This document shows, piece by piece, positions 20,244 through 30,728 of a stretch of DNA of 64,000 bases; the first letter of the stretch is position 1, and every line of letters starts with the position of its first letter. The notes beneath the pieces were generated by a model. That model was not told the origin of the DNA. It saw only the letters and a program-made list of their open reading frames with translations, and searched no databases. The DNA comes from Modestobacter sp. I12A-02662 (GTDB lineage Bacteria; Actinomycetota; Actinomycetes; Mycobacteriales; Geodermatophilaceae): the NCBI RefSeq assembly GCF_041028325.1, contig NZ_JABGDE010000013.1:118980-182979 (forward strand), in the 5' to 3' direction. Both the position numbers and the translations under genes were made by a program.

Positions 20244-20553
20244 ACCGCCCTTATCGGCAGGACGCAGCCGCCCCGCTACTCGATCGGGGCGACCATGAGC
20301 CCACCGCCACAGTCGTCACAGCCGCCACTCGAGGTCGGGCATCGCGGGCCGGCAGTGTCCAGCAGCTGCCGGGCCCAGAAGGGGGCTCCTCATCCGCCGG
20401 GACGGTCGGGGGCAGGCTGAGCCCGGGCGGCCGGGTGGTGCGGGTGACCCCGGAGGTCCAGCTGCTCCAGCAGCTCGACCTGGAGAGGGGATACGACAGT
20501 TCTTCCTCGTCAGCGGCCCGACGACGGCCGGCAGACGCCGGAGCGGGCGGGCG

Positions 20554-21210
20554 GTGCGCGAGGCGGGCCGCGCCTCCGCGGAGCCGTCGGACCCGCCGGG
20601 CAGACTGCCGGCCGTGGAGAACTCCCCCGACGCCGTCGTCGCCCGGCTGCGACCGCTGTTCGTCGCCGTCCGCGACGCGCTGGCCGCCGGGGTCGCCGTG
20701 AGCCGCCGGATCCACGCCGATCATGGGTGGCAGCCCTCGGCCGACCGGCACCTCGACCACCAGCTGGTCCGGCGCGAGGCCATGGAGCGGCTCCGGCCGT
20801 TCGGCGCGCACCTGGACGACGGCCCGCTCAGCGGCCAGCTCGACCTGCTCGACCTCGGCACGGACAACCTGGGGCTGCCGATGAGCGGGCTGATCCTGCA
20901 CACCGCGACCGACGTGGTCCGCGTCTGGCACAGCGACGACGGGGAGCCGCCCGCGGCCGACACCCAGGGGCTGCGCGAGTTCTACCGGCAGGCCCCGGTC
21001 CAGCAGACCCAGCTGGCCCTCGGTGCCTCCGACGAGCGGCAACCCGGCCGCGCCCACCTGGCCCTGCTCTGGGCCGACGGGCAGCTGCCCGGTGGGCGCA
21101 CCGGCCTGGTCCGCCTCGACCTGGTCCGGCCGCGCGGCTCGACCGGCCGGCGGGTCGACGTGGACTGGCACGTCGGCCTGCTGGACCGGCTCGGCGACCG
21201 GGCCGCCTGA
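20554..21210 (+). CDS. hypothetical protein
   Basis: 218-aa ORF (GTG start), strong GC3 skew in this frame versus the overlapping antisense ORF; no recognisable domain. Confidence 0.45.
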   Translation: MREAGRASAEPSDPPGRLPAVENSPDAVVARLRPLFVAVRDALAAGVAVSRRIHADHGWQPSADRHLDHQLVRREAMERLRPFGAHLDDGPLSGQLDLLDLGTDNLGLPMSGLILHTATDVVRVWHSDDGEPPAADTQGLREFYRQAPVQQTQLALGASDERQPGRAHLALLWADGQLPGGRTGLVRLDLVRPRGSTGRRVDVDWHVGLLDRLGDRAA

Positions 21211-21329
21211 GGTCGGACGGGCAGTCAGGGGAAAGCCGGGAGGAGTCAGCAGGCGACCGACAGCCACTGGGACGTACTCCACGGCACCCCAGCGGGTGCG
21301 ACCGGCGCCACACCACGCACAATGTCGGG

Positions 21330-22166
21330 GTGCACAGAGGCAGGAACGTAGACCCCGGAATCGCCCGCTCGTGGCTGTTGGTGAACGGCGCTCGCAAGGA
21401 GCTGTTCGACGAGGCCCACGACTCGCGCGCCGACCAGATCATCCTCGACATCGAGGACGCGGTCGACCCGGCACGCAAGCCCGACGCCCGGGCCGACGTC
21501 GTGGACTACCTGTCCAGCGGCGAGAAGAAGGCGTGGGTGCGGATCAACGACCACTCCACCCCGTTCTGGGCCGACGACGTCGCCGCGCTGGCCGGGCTGC
21601 CCGGTCTCAACGGCGTGATGCTGGCCAAGACCGAGCTCGCCGAGCACGTCACCGAGACCTTCGACCGGCTCGGCGGCGCCACCCCGGTGCTCGCGCTGGT
21701 CGAGTCCGCGCAGGGCATCGAGGAGGCGGTGAACATCGCCCGCGCCCGTGGCGCGTTCCGGCTCGCCTTCGGCAGCGGCGACTACCGGCGCGACACCGGT
21801 ACCAGCGCCGACGACCTGGCGATGGCCTACCCGCGGTCCCGCCTGGTCATCGCCAGCCGGGTCGGCGGGCTGCCCGGCCCGATCGACGGCCCGACCGTGA
21901 GCACCAGCCACCCCATCCTGCGCGAGCAGTCGGCGCTCACCGTCTCCCTCGGCCTCACCGGCAAGCTGTGCCTGCAGATGGACCAGCTCCCGGTGATCAA
22001 CGAGGTGATCAGCCCGACGCCGTCGGACGTCGCCTGGGCCCGCGACTTCCTCGCCGACTTCGAGGCCCGCGGCCGCGTCATCCGCGACGGCAGCGACCTG
22101 CCCCGCCTCGGCCGGGCGCGGAAGATCGAGAACCTCGCCAGCGCCTTCGGCGTCGAGCCCAGCTGA
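21330..22166 (+). CDS. HpcH/HpaI aldolase / citrate lyase beta-subunit (CitE)-like protein
   Basis: N-terminal RSWLLVNG..ELFDEA motif typical of CitE-like proteins; the longer ORF from 20727 is an upstream run-on. Confidence 0.75.
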   Translation: MHRGRNVDPGIARSWLLVNGARKELFDEAHDSRADQIILDIEDAVDPARKPDARADVVDYLSSGEKKAWVRINDHSTPFWADDVAALAGLPGLNGVMLAKTELAEHVTETFDRLGGATPVLALVESAQGIEEAVNIARARGAFRLAFGSGDYRRDTGTSADDLAMAYPRSRLVIASRVGGLPGPIDGPTVSTSHPILREQSALTVSLGLTGKLCLQMDQLPVINEVISPTPSDVAWARDFLADFEARGRVIRDGSDLPRLGRARKIENLASAFGVEPS

Positions 22167-22232
22167 GCAAGGACCCTCCTGCCCGCCGCCGCTCGCAGGC
22201 TCGCAGCGGGCCCCTGCAGGAGGGCCGCACAC

Positions 22233-22260
22233 GGCCCCCTCCGCACCTGCGGAGGGGGCC
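22233..22260. terminator. perfect 12-bp stem hairpin at a convergent junction
   Basis: ggccccctccgc-acct-gcggagggggcc, followed by gttctc on the plus strand. Confidence 0.6.
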
Positions 22261-22264
22261 GTTC

Positions 22265-23032
22265 TCACGTCCCGAGGGTGCCGACCGCGACCGTGGCGTC
22301 GAGGTCGTCGTCGCGGACCACCCCCGCCCGGAGCCCGGCCGCGGTCATCGCCGCGGCCGTCGCCGACGCCTGCCGCTCGCTGGTCTCGACCAGCAGCACG
22401 CCGCCCGGCGCCAGCCACGGCGGGGCGCCCGCCGCGATCCGGCGGTGCAGGTCGACGCCGTCCGCCCCGCCGTCGAGCGCGGTGCGGGGCTCGTGGTCCC
22501 GGGCCTCCGGCGGCATCAGCCCGATCGCCGCGGTGGGCACGTACGGCGCGTTCGCGGTCAGCACGGCCACGCGCCCCCGCAGCGCCCCCGGCAGCGCGTC
22601 GAACAGGTCCCCCTGGTGGACGGCGCCGGAGCCCAGGTTGCGCCGGGCGACCGCGACCGCGGCCGGGTCCAGGTCCGCGGCGTGCACCTCCACCCCCGGG
22701 ACGGCGGCCGCCACCGCCGCGGCCACCGCTCCGGACCCGCAGCAGAGATCGACCACGACGTCCCCCGGCCGGACGCGCGGCGCGGCCAGCCGCACGACCA
22801 GCTCCGTGCGGCGCCGCGGCACGAAGACCCCGGGCCCGACCGCGATCCGCAGCCCGCAGAACCCCGCCCAGCCCAGCAGGTGCTCCAGCGGCTCCCCCGT
22901 GACCCGGCGTCCGACCAGCTCCTCGAGCTCGGCCGGCGTGCCGGCGGTGTCCAGCAGCAGCCGCGCCTCGTCCTCGGCGAACACGCAGCCGGCCGCCCGC
23001 AGCCGCCGGACCACCGGCTCGGCGGCGGTCAC
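22265..23032 (-). CDS. HemK/PrmC-family putative protein-(glutamine-N5) methyltransferase
   Basis: [18 protein letters not shown]-terminus; SAM motif ([16 protein letters not shown]); NPPY-like motif (TANAPYVPT); GTG start overlapping the region of the upstream gene stop. Confidence 0.7.
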   Translation of the reverse strand: MTAAEPVVRRLRAAGCVFAEDEARLLLDTAGTPAELEELVGRRVTGEPLEHLLGWAGFCGLRIAVGPGVFVPRRRTELVVRLAAPRVRPGDVVVDLCCGSGAVAAAVAAAVPGVEVHAADLDPAAVAVARRNLGSGAVHQGDLFDALPGALRGRVAVLTANAPYVPTAAIGLMPPEARDHEPRTALDGGADGVDLHRRIAAGAPPWLAPGGVLLVETSERQASATAAAMTAAGLRAGVVRDDDLDATVAVGTLGT

Positions 23033-23037
23033 CCGGG

Positions 23038-23838
23038 TCAGGCCTGCCGGTAGGTCGCGTCGGGCACGTCGGTGACGAACATGTGCCCGGGCGCGTGGGT
23101 GATCGCGAACGGCGGGCGGGAGGCCATCAACGCCGCCTGCGGGGTCACGCCGCAGGCCCAGAACACCGGCACGTCGCCGTCCTCGACGTCGACCGGGTCG
23201 CCGAAGTCCGGCCGGGACAGGTCCTCGATGCCGAGGGCCGACGGCGTCCCGACGTGCACCGGCGCCCCGTGCACCTGCGGCATCCGGGCGGTCACCTGGA
23301 CCGCCGTGGGCACCAGGTGCCCGGGCACCGGGCGCATCGACACCACGAGCGGTCCCGAGAGCCGCCCGGCCGGCCGGCACGGCCGGTTGGTCCGGTACAT
23401 CGACACGTTGCGGCCCTGCTCGATGTTGCGCACCGGCACGCCTGCCTCCAGCAGCGCCGTCTCGAAGCTGAAGCTGCACCCGATGAGGAAGGCGACCAGG
23501 TCGTCGGACCACAGGTCCACGACGTCGGTGGGCTCGTCGACCAGTTCCCCGTCGCGCCACACCCGGTAGCGGGGCAGGTCGGTGCGCAGGTCGGCTCCCG
23601 GCGCGAGCACCGTGTGCGGCGAGCCCTCGTCGGTCACGTCGAGCAGCGGCACCGGCTGCGGGTTGCGCTGGCCGAACAGCAGCACGTCCCAGGCCCATGC
23701 GCGGGGCACGACGAACAGGTTGGCCTGGGTGTAGCCGGGCGCCCAGCCCGACGAGGGGACGGCGAGCCCGGCGCGGTACCGCGCCCGGGACTCGGCGGGG
23801 CTCGCGGCAGGCGGGACGACGGTGGTCACGGCGCCCAT
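23038..23838 (-). CDS. putative hydro-lyase, DUF1445 (YcsI / D-glutamate cyclase-like) family
   Basis: [36 protein letters not shown] matches the DUF1445 N-terminal consensus; about 266 aa. Confidence 0.75.
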   Translation of the reverse strand: MGAVTTVVPPAASPAESRARYRAGLAVPSSGWAPGYTQANLFVVPRAWAWDVLLFGQRNPQPVPLLDVTDEGSPHTVLAPGADLRTDLPRYRVWRDGELVDEPTDVVDLWSDDLVAFLIGCSFSFETALLEAGVPVRNIEQGRNVSMYRTNRPCRPAGRLSGPLVVSMRPVPGHLVPTAVQVTARMPQVHGAPVHVGTPSALGIEDLSRPDFGDPVDVEDGDVPVFWACGVTPQAALMASRPPFAITHAPGHMFVTDVPDATYRQA

Positions 23839-23938
23839 CCTCCCCCCGGACCGCCGCCCACGAGACCCGTGGGCCCGGTCCTGCATCGCCCGGCCGGAAC
23901 CGGGTACCGACCGCACCCGACCGACCGAGAGGGCCGCC

Positions 23939-25180
23939 ATGGCAGACGAACCGTCCGCGACGACCGCCGCAGCGCCACCCGGCGGGCGACTGGCCGCCAG
24001 CACCCGGTCCACCCTGCTCGGCGCGATGTTCCTGATGGCCACCTCGGCCATCGGGCCCGGGTTCATCACCCAGACCACGACGTTCACCGTCCAGCTCGGT
24101 GCCGCCTTCGCCTTCGCGATCGTCATCTCGATCCTGATCGACATCGCGCTGCAGCTGAACGTCTGGCGGGTCATCGGCGTCTCCGGCCGGCGCGCCCAGG
24201 AGCTGGGCAACCTGGTCGCCCCGGGCCTGGGCTGGGTGATGGCCGCGCTGCTGCTCGTCGGTGGGCTGGTCTTCAACATCGGCAACGTCAGCGGCGCCGG
24301 GCTGGGCACCGACGCGATGTTCGGCCTGGACCCCAGGATCGGCGGGGCGCTCTCCGCCGTCGTCGCCATCGGCATCTTCCTGAGCAAGCGGGCCGGGGTG
24401 GCCGTCGACCGGATCGTCGTCGTCCTCGGCCTGGTGATGATCCTGCTGACCGCCTACATCGCGATCACCTCCGGCCCGCCGGTCGGGGAGGCGCTGAGGA
24501 ACGTCGTGCTGCCCGAGCAGGTCGACTTCCTCGCGATCACGACCCTGGTCGGCGGCACGATCGGCGGCTACATCGTCTACGCCGGGGCGCACCGGCTGCT
24601 CGACTCCGGCGTCAGCGGCCCCGAGCACGTCCGCGGCATCACCCGCGGCTCGATCACCGGGATCATCATCACCGGGATCATGCGGATCGTGCTGTTCCTG
24701 GCGATCCTCGGCGTCGTGGCCGGCGGCGCAACCCTCGACCCGGAGAACCAGGCGGCCTCGGCCTTCCAGCAGGCCGCCGGCGAGGTGGGGCTGCGGGTCT
24801 TCGGCATCGTGCTGTGGGCGGCGTCGATCACCAGCGTCATCGGCGCCAGCTACACGACGGTGTCCTTCGTGACCTCCCAGTCCAGGACCAGCGACCGCAC
24901 GCGCACGCTCCTCGTGGTCGGGTTCATCGCGGTCACCACGCTGGCCTTCGTGCTGCTCGGCACCCCGCCCACCACGCTGCTGGTGTTCGCCGGCGCGTTC
25001 AACGGGCTGCTGCTGCCGATCGGGATCGCCGTCCTGCTCTACGTCGCCACCCGCCGCGCCGACCTGCTGCACGGCTACCGCTACCCGCGCTGGCTGCTCG
25101 TCATCGGGTGGCTGGCCTGGCTGCTGACGCTCTTCCTGGCCGTCCGCTCGGTGCAGCCGGTCATCGAGCTCTTCTCGTGA
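23939..25180 (+). CDS. NRAMP-like divalent metal transporter (YcsG-like), membrane protein
   Basis: 413 aa, about 11 TM segments; sits where ycsG sits in the B. subtilis ycsFGI-kipIA arrangement, immediately upstream of pxpA. Confidence 0.7.
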   Translation: MADEPSATTAAAPPGGRLAASTRSTLLGAMFLMATSAIGPGFITQTTTFTVQLGAAFAFAIVISILIDIALQLNVWRVIGVSGRRAQELGNLVAPGLGWVMAALLLVGGLVFNIGNVSGAGLGTDAMFGLDPRIGGALSAVVAIGIFLSKRAGVAVDRIVVVLGLVMILLTAYIAITSGPPVGEALRNVVLPEQVDFLAITTLVGGTIGGYIVYAGAHRLLDSGVSGPEHVRGITRGSITGIIITGIMRIVLFLAILGVVAGGATLDPENQAASAFQQAAGEVGLRVFGIVLWAASITSVIGASYTTVSFVTSQSRTSDRTRTLLVVGFIAVTTLAFVLLGTPPTTLLVFAGAFNGLLLPIGIAVLLYVATRRADLLHGYRYPRWLLVIGWLAWLLTLFLAVRSVQPVIELFS

Positions 25181-25194
25181 GGCAGGCTGTCCGG

Positions 25195-25947
25195 ATGGAC
25201 CTCAACTCCGACCTCGGCGAGGGCTTCGGGCAGTGGACGCTCGGCGACGACGACGCGCTGCTGGAGATCGTCACCAGCGCCAACGTCGCCTGCGGCTTCC
25301 ACGCGAGCGACCCGTCGATCATGCGGCGGGTGTGCGCCCGCGCGGTGGAGACCGGCGTCGCGATCGGCGCCCAGGTCGGCTACCGCGACCTGCCGGGCTT
25401 CGGCCGCCGGTTCATCGACGTCGAGCCCCCGGCGCTCACCGCCGACGTGCTCTACCAGCTCGGCGCCCTCGAGGCCTTCGCGCGGGTGGCCGGGTCGCGG
25501 GTGCGCTACGTCAAGCCGCACGGCGCGCTCTACAACACGATCGTCCACCACGAGGAGCAGGCCGCCGCGGTGGTCGAGGCGGTGGTCGCCTACGACCGCG
25601 GCCTGCCGGTGCTCGGCCTGCCCGGCTCGGTCTGGCTGCGGCGGGCGCAGGAGGCCGGGCTGACCACCGTGCACGAGGCCTTCGCCGACCGGGCCTACAC
25701 CCCCGAGGGGACGCTGGTCTCCCGGCGGCTGCCCGGCGCGGTGCTGCACGACCCGGCCGAGATCGCCCGCCGGTGCGTCGCGATGGCCGCGGGGGAACCG
25801 ATCCGGGACGTCGAGGGCGGGGAGCTCACGCTCCGCCCGGACTCGATCTGCGTGCACGGCGACACCCCCGGCGCGGTGGAGATCGCCCGGCAGGTCCGCG
25901 AGGCGCTCACCACCGGGGGGGCCGAGCTGGCCCCCTTCGCCCCCTGA
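25195..25947 (+). CDS. pxpA: 5-oxoprolinase subunit A (LamB/YcsF family)
   Basis: [13 protein letters not shown]-terminal signature, [12 protein letters not shown]. Confidence 0.9.
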   Translation: MDLNSDLGEGFGQWTLGDDDALLEIVTSANVACGFHASDPSIMRRVCARAVETGVAIGAQVGYRDLPGFGRRFIDVEPPALTADVLYQLGALEAFARVAGSRVRYVKPHGALYNTIVHHEEQAAAVVEAVVAYDRGLPVLGLPGSVWLRRAQEAGLTTVHEAFADRAYTPEGTLVSRRLPGAVLHDPAEIARRCVAMAAGEPIRDVEGGELTLRPDSICVHGDTPGAVEIARQVREALTTGGAELAPFAP

Positions 25948-26555
25948 TGCGCCTGCTCCCCAGCGGCAGCAGCGCGCTGCTGGTCGAGCTCGACGGCCTG
26001 GACGACGTCCTCGCCCTGTACGCGGCCCTCGCCGCCGCACCGCCGGAGGGGGTGCTCGACATCGTCCCCGCGGCGCGCACGGTGCTGCTGGTGGTCGACC
26101 CCGGGCGCACCACGCTGGCCGAGGTCGCCGACACGGTGCGGCGCACGTCTCCGCGGGCCGACGCGCGCAGCACCGGCGAGGTGATCGAGCTGCCCGTGCA
26201 CTACGACGGAGCGGACCTCGCCGAGTGCGCCGAGCTGCTGGGCACCGACCCCGACGGCCTGGTCCGGCGGCACGCCGACGCCGAGTGGACCGTGGCCTTC
26301 TGCGGCTTCGCGCCCGGCTTCGGCTACCTCACCCAGTCCGGCGGCTCGTGGGACGTGCCGCGCCGGCCCACTCCGCGGACCAAGGTGCCGCCGGGCTCGG
26401 TCGCGCTGGCCGGCGAGTTCAGCGGCGTCTACCCGCGGGAGTCCCCGGGCGGCTGGCAGCTCATCGGCCGCACCGACGTCGCCGTGTTCGACCTCGACCG
26501 TGAGCCCGCCGCCCTGCTGCGGCCGGGCGTCCGGGTGCGGTTCGTGCCCGCATGA
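25947..26555 (+). CDS. pxpB: 5-oxoprolinase subunit B (KipI / allophanate hydrolase subunit 1 family)
   Basis: start overlaps the pxpA stop (ATGA); WTVAFCGFAPGFGYL motif. Confidence 0.85.
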   Translation: MRLLPSGSSALLVELDGLDDVLALYAALAAAPPEGVLDIVPAARTVLLVVDPGRTTLAEVADTVRRTSPRADARSTGEVIELPVHYDGADLAECAELLGTDPDGLVRRHADAEWTVAFCGFAPGFGYLTQSGGSWDVPRRPTPRTKVPPGSVALAGEFSGVYPRESPGGWQLIGRTDVAVFDLDREPAALLRPGVRVRFVPA

Positions 26556-27427
26556 CCCGCCTGCTCACGGTCCTCGCCCCCGGCCCGCTGACCACCGTCC
26601 AGGATCTCGGCCGGCCGGGCCAGGCCGCGCTGGGCATCGGCCGCTCGGGCGTCTGCGACCGGTCCTCCGCCGCGCTGGCCAACCGGCTGGTCGGCAACCC
26701 GCCGGACGCCGCGCTGCTCGAGGTGACCTTCGGCGGGCTGGTCCTGCGCGCCGAGGACGACGTGCTGCTGGCCACCGCGGGCGCCCGCTGCGCCGGGCCG
26801 TTCCCGCACGCGGCGCCCGCCCCGCTGCGCCGTGGCCAGGAGCTGCGGCTCGGGGTGCCGGCGACCGGGCTGCGCACCTACGTGGCGGTCCGCGGCGGCA
26901 TCGCCGTCCCGCCGGTGCTCGGGTCGCGGTCCACCGACGTCCTCGCCGGGCTCGGCCCCGACGTCGTCGCCGCCGGGCACCAGCTGCCCGTCGGGGAGCC
27001 CACCGCTCCCCCGCCGACGCTCGACGTCGCGCCGGTCGCGGACCCGCCGGGCGACGACGTCACCGTCCCGGTGCTGCCCGGCCCGCGCGCGGACTGGTTC
27101 GGGGAGGCCGGCTGGGCCGCGCTGGCCACCCGGCCGTGGACGGTCACCAGCGAGAGCAACCGGGTGGGGCTCCGGCTGGACGGCGAGCCCCTGCAGCGGG
27201 TGCGCGAGGGCGAGCTGCCCAGCGAGGGCATGGTCCGCGGCGCGCTGCAGGTGCCGCCGTCCGGGCTGCCGGTGCTGTTCCTCGCCGACCACCCGGTCAC
27301 CGGCGGCTATCCCGTGATCGGCTACGTGGTGGACGCCGACGTGGACCGCTGCGCCCAGCTGCGCCCCGGCCAGCCGCTCCGGTTCCGCGCGAGCAGCCGT
27401 CTGGACGCAGGGGCCCCCAGCCGGTAG
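26552..27427 (+). CDS. pxpC: 5-oxoprolinase subunit C (KipA / allophanate hydrolase subunit 2 family)
   Basis: TTVQDLGRPG N-terminal signature; overlaps the pxpB stop. Confidence 0.85.
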   Translation: MTRLLTVLAPGPLTTVQDLGRPGQAALGIGRSGVCDRSSAALANRLVGNPPDAALLEVTFGGLVLRAEDDVLLATAGARCAGPFPHAAPAPLRRGQELRLGVPATGLRTYVAVRGGIAVPPVLGSRSTDVLAGLGPDVVAAGHQLPVGEPTAPPPTLDVAPVADPPGDDVTVPVLPGPRADWFGEAGWAALATRPWTVTSESNRVGLRLDGEPLQRVREGELPSEGMVRGALQVPPSGLPVLFLADHPVTGGYPVIGYVVDADVDRCAQLRPGQPLRFRASSRLDAGAPSR

Positions 27428-27452
27428 ACCCGGGGACGGTCCGACCCGGGAG

Positions 27453-29701
27453 GTGGACGCCGTGGCCGAGACCGGCCCCCTGCTCACCGCCAAGTCCCGG
27501 GTGCCGCCGGTGCCCGCGTCCCTGGTGCCCAGGTCCCGGCTGGCCCGGCTCCTCGACGGCGGTCGCACCCCGGTCACCGTGGTCACCGCGGGCGCCGGCT
27601 GGGGCAAGACCACCCTGCTGGCCGCCTGGGTGCGCACCGTCCGCGGCCCGGTCGCCTGGCTGACCCTGGACGGCGGCGACGACGACCCGGCCCGGTTCTG
27701 GACCTACCTGGCGACGGCGCTGTCCGGGCCCGCACCGGAGGCGACCGGGCGCGCGCTGGCGGCCCTCGCCGTCCCGTCGGTCGATCCGCTGGGCGTCGCC
27801 GTCCCCGAGCTGCTCAACGGGCTGGCCGACGTCCCGCGGCCACTGCTGCTGGTCCTCGACGACCTGCACGAGGTGACCGACCGCCGGGTGACCGAGGGCC
27901 TGGAGTTCCTGCTCGACCACCAGCCGGCGGCGCTGCGGGTGGTGCTCGCCGGCCGCACCGAGCCGCCGGTCGGGCTGGCCCGGCTGCGGGCCCGCGGCCG
28001 GCTGACCGAGATCGGCCAGGCGGACCTGCGGTTCACCGACGACGAGGCCCGCCAGCTGCTCGCCGCCGTGGCCGGTCCCGTGCCCCCGGACGGCGCCGTC
28101 CCCGGCGTGCTGCACCGGTCCGCGGGCTGGGCGGCCGGTCTGGTGCTCGGCGGCCTCGCGCTCCGGGACCGCCGGCAGGGCCGCCCGCTGCCCGCCGGCC
28201 CGCCCGGGCAAGAGCACGCGCTGGCCTACCTGGTCACCGAGGTGCTCCGCGGGCAGCCGCCGGAGCGGCGGGAGCTGCTGCTGCGCACCGCGCCCCTGGA
28301 CCGCTTCTCCGGCGCGCTGGTCGACGCGGTCCTCGGCCGGTCGCACTCCGCCGCCGCCCTCGCCGGCCTGCAGCGGACGGGTTGTTCGTCACCACGGTGG
28401 ACGGCGAGTGGTTCCGCATGCACCCGCTCTTCCGGACCGCGCTGCTGCAGGAGCTGGCCGACCCCGAACTGGTGGCTGAGCTGCGGCGGCGCGCGGCCGG
28501 GTGGTTCCTGGACGCCGGCCTGCCCGAGGACGCGGTGCGCGCCCTGCTCGCCGCCGGGGACCACCCGGCCGCCGCCGCTGCCCTCGTGGCGCACAGCACC
28601 ACGTTCATCGAGTCCGGCCGGGTCGGCGTCTTCGCCCAGCTCGGCGGCCTGCTCGACCCGTCGGCCGCCGGCTCGGTGCCGCTGCTGGCGTCGCTGGCCT
28701 GGGCGGCCGGGGTGACCGGCCGGCTGGACCGCGTGCCCGCCCTGCTGGACCGCGCCGAGGCCCGGCTGCGCGCGGGCGCCGCCGACCCCGGCTACCCCGG
28801 CTTCGCCACCACCGCCGGGCTGCTCGCGTCACTGCGCTCGGTCTACGGCACGAGCCCGGACGCGCCGCCGGGGACGGGGCTGGCCCTGGCCCGGCGCGCG
28901 GTGGACGAGGAGACCGACCCGCGGCTGCCGGGGTGGGTGGTGGCGCGGGTCGCGCTGGGCGGCGCGCTGCTCGGCACCGGGGACGACGCCGCCGCCCTCG
29001 CCGTCCTGGAGACCGCGTGGCAGTCACCGGCGATCGAGGTGCTGCCCGCGTTCTCCCGCCTCGAGGTCGCCGGCCTGCTCGGCTGGTGCCTGGTCCGGGT
29101 CGGCGCCGACCAGCGGGCCCGGCTGCTGCTGGGGGCCACCGCGGAGGAGGCGGCCGCCGTCGAGTCCACGCTGGGCGACGCCGCGGCGTCGGCCGTCGCC
29201 CTGCTGCACGCGGTCGCCGCCGAGCTCGACCAGCGGGACGGCGACCTCCGCGCCGCCCGCCGCCGGTCGGCCCGGGCGGCCGAGCTGGTCGCGGTCCAGG
29301 CCCATCCGGCGACGGCCGCACTCGTGCTGGTCGCCGCGGCCGCGATCGCGCTGCGCTGCGGCGAGGGCCGGGCCACCCTCGCGCTGCTCGACCGGGCCGT
29401 GGAGGCCCGGTGCGAGGCGCCGCCGGACCCGGGGACCGACGCGCGGATCGCGGAGCTCACCGTGCGGGCGGGCGCGCAGGCTGCGGCCCAGACCCGCGCC
29501 GCGCTCGCCGAGCCGCTGACCGAGCGGGAGCTCGCCGTCCTGCGGGCGCTGCGGGGCGACCTCAGCCTGCGCGGGATCGCCGATTCCCTGCACCTGTCGG
29601 TCAACACGGTGAAGGGCTACGCCAAGGGCCTCTACCGCAAGCTCGGCGTCGCCTCCCGCGCGGAGGCCGTCTCCCGGGGCCGCGAGCTCGGCCTCTGCTG
29701 A
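27453..29701 (+). CDS. LAL-type LuxR-family transcriptional regulator (P-loop NTPase + C-terminal LuxR HTH), apparent frameshift near 28380-28400
   Basis: Walker A (GAGWGKTTLLAAW) in ORF 27453..28715, LuxR HTH (LTERELAVLRAL..SLRGIADSLHLSVNTVKGYAKGLYRKLGV) in ORF 28382..29701; junction text ..LAGLQRTG/(L)FVTTVDGEWFRMHPLFR.. needs a 1-nt indel. Confidence 0.6.
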
Positions 29702-29789
29702 CCACCCCGGGTGGGTGTGGCCCGCGGGTGGTGCGGCACCACCCGCCCGGGCCCGACGGTGGGGCTCCACCCGATCCGAGGAGCTCCCG

Positions 29790-30728
29790 ATGCCGCAGTC
29801 CACCTCCCCGGCGCCCGCCGCCACCCCCGTCGCGTGGCCACCGGGCGCCCGCTCGGTCCTCACCGACCTCGACGGCCCGGTGCGCTCCCTGCAGCTCGGC
29901 GGCCCGGCCGGCGCGCCGGTGCTGCTGTGCGTGCACGGCCTGGGCGGCTCGGCGCTCAACTGGGGCCTGCTGGCCCCGCGGCTCACCGCGACCCACCGGG
30001 TGCTCGCCGTCGACCTGTTCGGCCACGGCGGGTCCGGGCTGCCCACCCGCGGGCGGGGCCTGGCCGCCGACCGCCGGATGCTGGCCCGCTTCGTGACCGA
30101 GGTCGTCGGCGAGCCGGTGGTGCTGGTCGGCCACTCGATGGGCGGGGTGCTCGCCCTGCTGCACGCCGCCACCGCACCGGAGACGCTGCGCGGGCTGGTG
30201 CTGCTGAGCCCGCCGGTCCCGGACGGCACCGGGCGCCGGGACCTCGCGCTCACCGCCCGGCGGGCGTTCCTGGCGCTGCCCGGCGTGGCCGCGGCGGTGC
30301 GCCGGAAGCTGTTCCGGATGACCGCCGAGGAGGTCGTCGCGCAGCAGCTGCGCCAGGCCACCCCGCACGCGGACCGGCTACCCGCCGACGCGGTGGCCGC
30401 CGTGGTCGCCGAGACCCGCGAGCGCTCGGCGAGCCCGGACGCCGGCGCCGCCCAGGCCCAGCAGTGGACCGGGATCCTGGACACCATGGCGCTGCTCGCC
30501 CGGCCCCGTCGCTGGCGGGACACGGTCGCCGGCATCGACGTCCCGGGGGTGTGGCTGCAGGGCACCGACGACCCGCTCGCCCGCGCCGAGCACGCCCGGG
30601 CGCTGGCCGCCGTCCGGCCGGACTGGCCGTTCCGGCTGCGTGAGGGCGTCGGCCACCTGCTGGCGGTGGAGGACCCGGAGTGGACGGCCGACGCGATCCG
30701 GAGCTGGCCGGTCGCCGGGAGCGCCTGA
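29790..30728 (+). CDS. alpha/beta-fold hydrolase
   Basis: HG-box (LLCVHGLGGS) and nucleophile elbow (GHSMGG); GAGGAG RBS. Confidence 0.75.
   Translation: MPQSTSPAPAATPVAWPPGARSVLTDLDGPVRSLQLGGPAGAPVLLCVHGLGGSALNWGLLAPRLTATHRVLAVDLFGHGGSGLPTRGRGLAADRRMLARFVTEVVGEPVVLVGHSMGGVLALLHAATAPETLRGLVLLSPPVPDGTGRRDLALTARRAFLALPGVAAAVRRKLFRMTAEEVVAQQLRQATPHADRLPADAVAAVVAETRERSASPDAGAAQAQQWTGILDTMALLARPRRWRDTVAGIDVPGVWLQGTDDPLARAEHARALAAVRPDWPFRLREGVGHLLAVEDPEWTADAIRSWPVAGSA

Noticed and set aside
20251-21282. 343-aa minus-strand ORF opposite the hypothetical gene 20554..21210
   Set aside because: The plus-strand frame shows consistent G/C at codon position 3 and a balanced amino-acid composition. The minus ORF is Gly/Pro/Arg-rich, consistent with antisense.
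22265-25072. 935-aa minus-strand ORF
   Set aside because: Run-on artefact. Only its 3' part (22265..23032) is a real gene (methyltransferase); further upstream it is antisense to ycsG, and the ycsI gene occupies a different frame.
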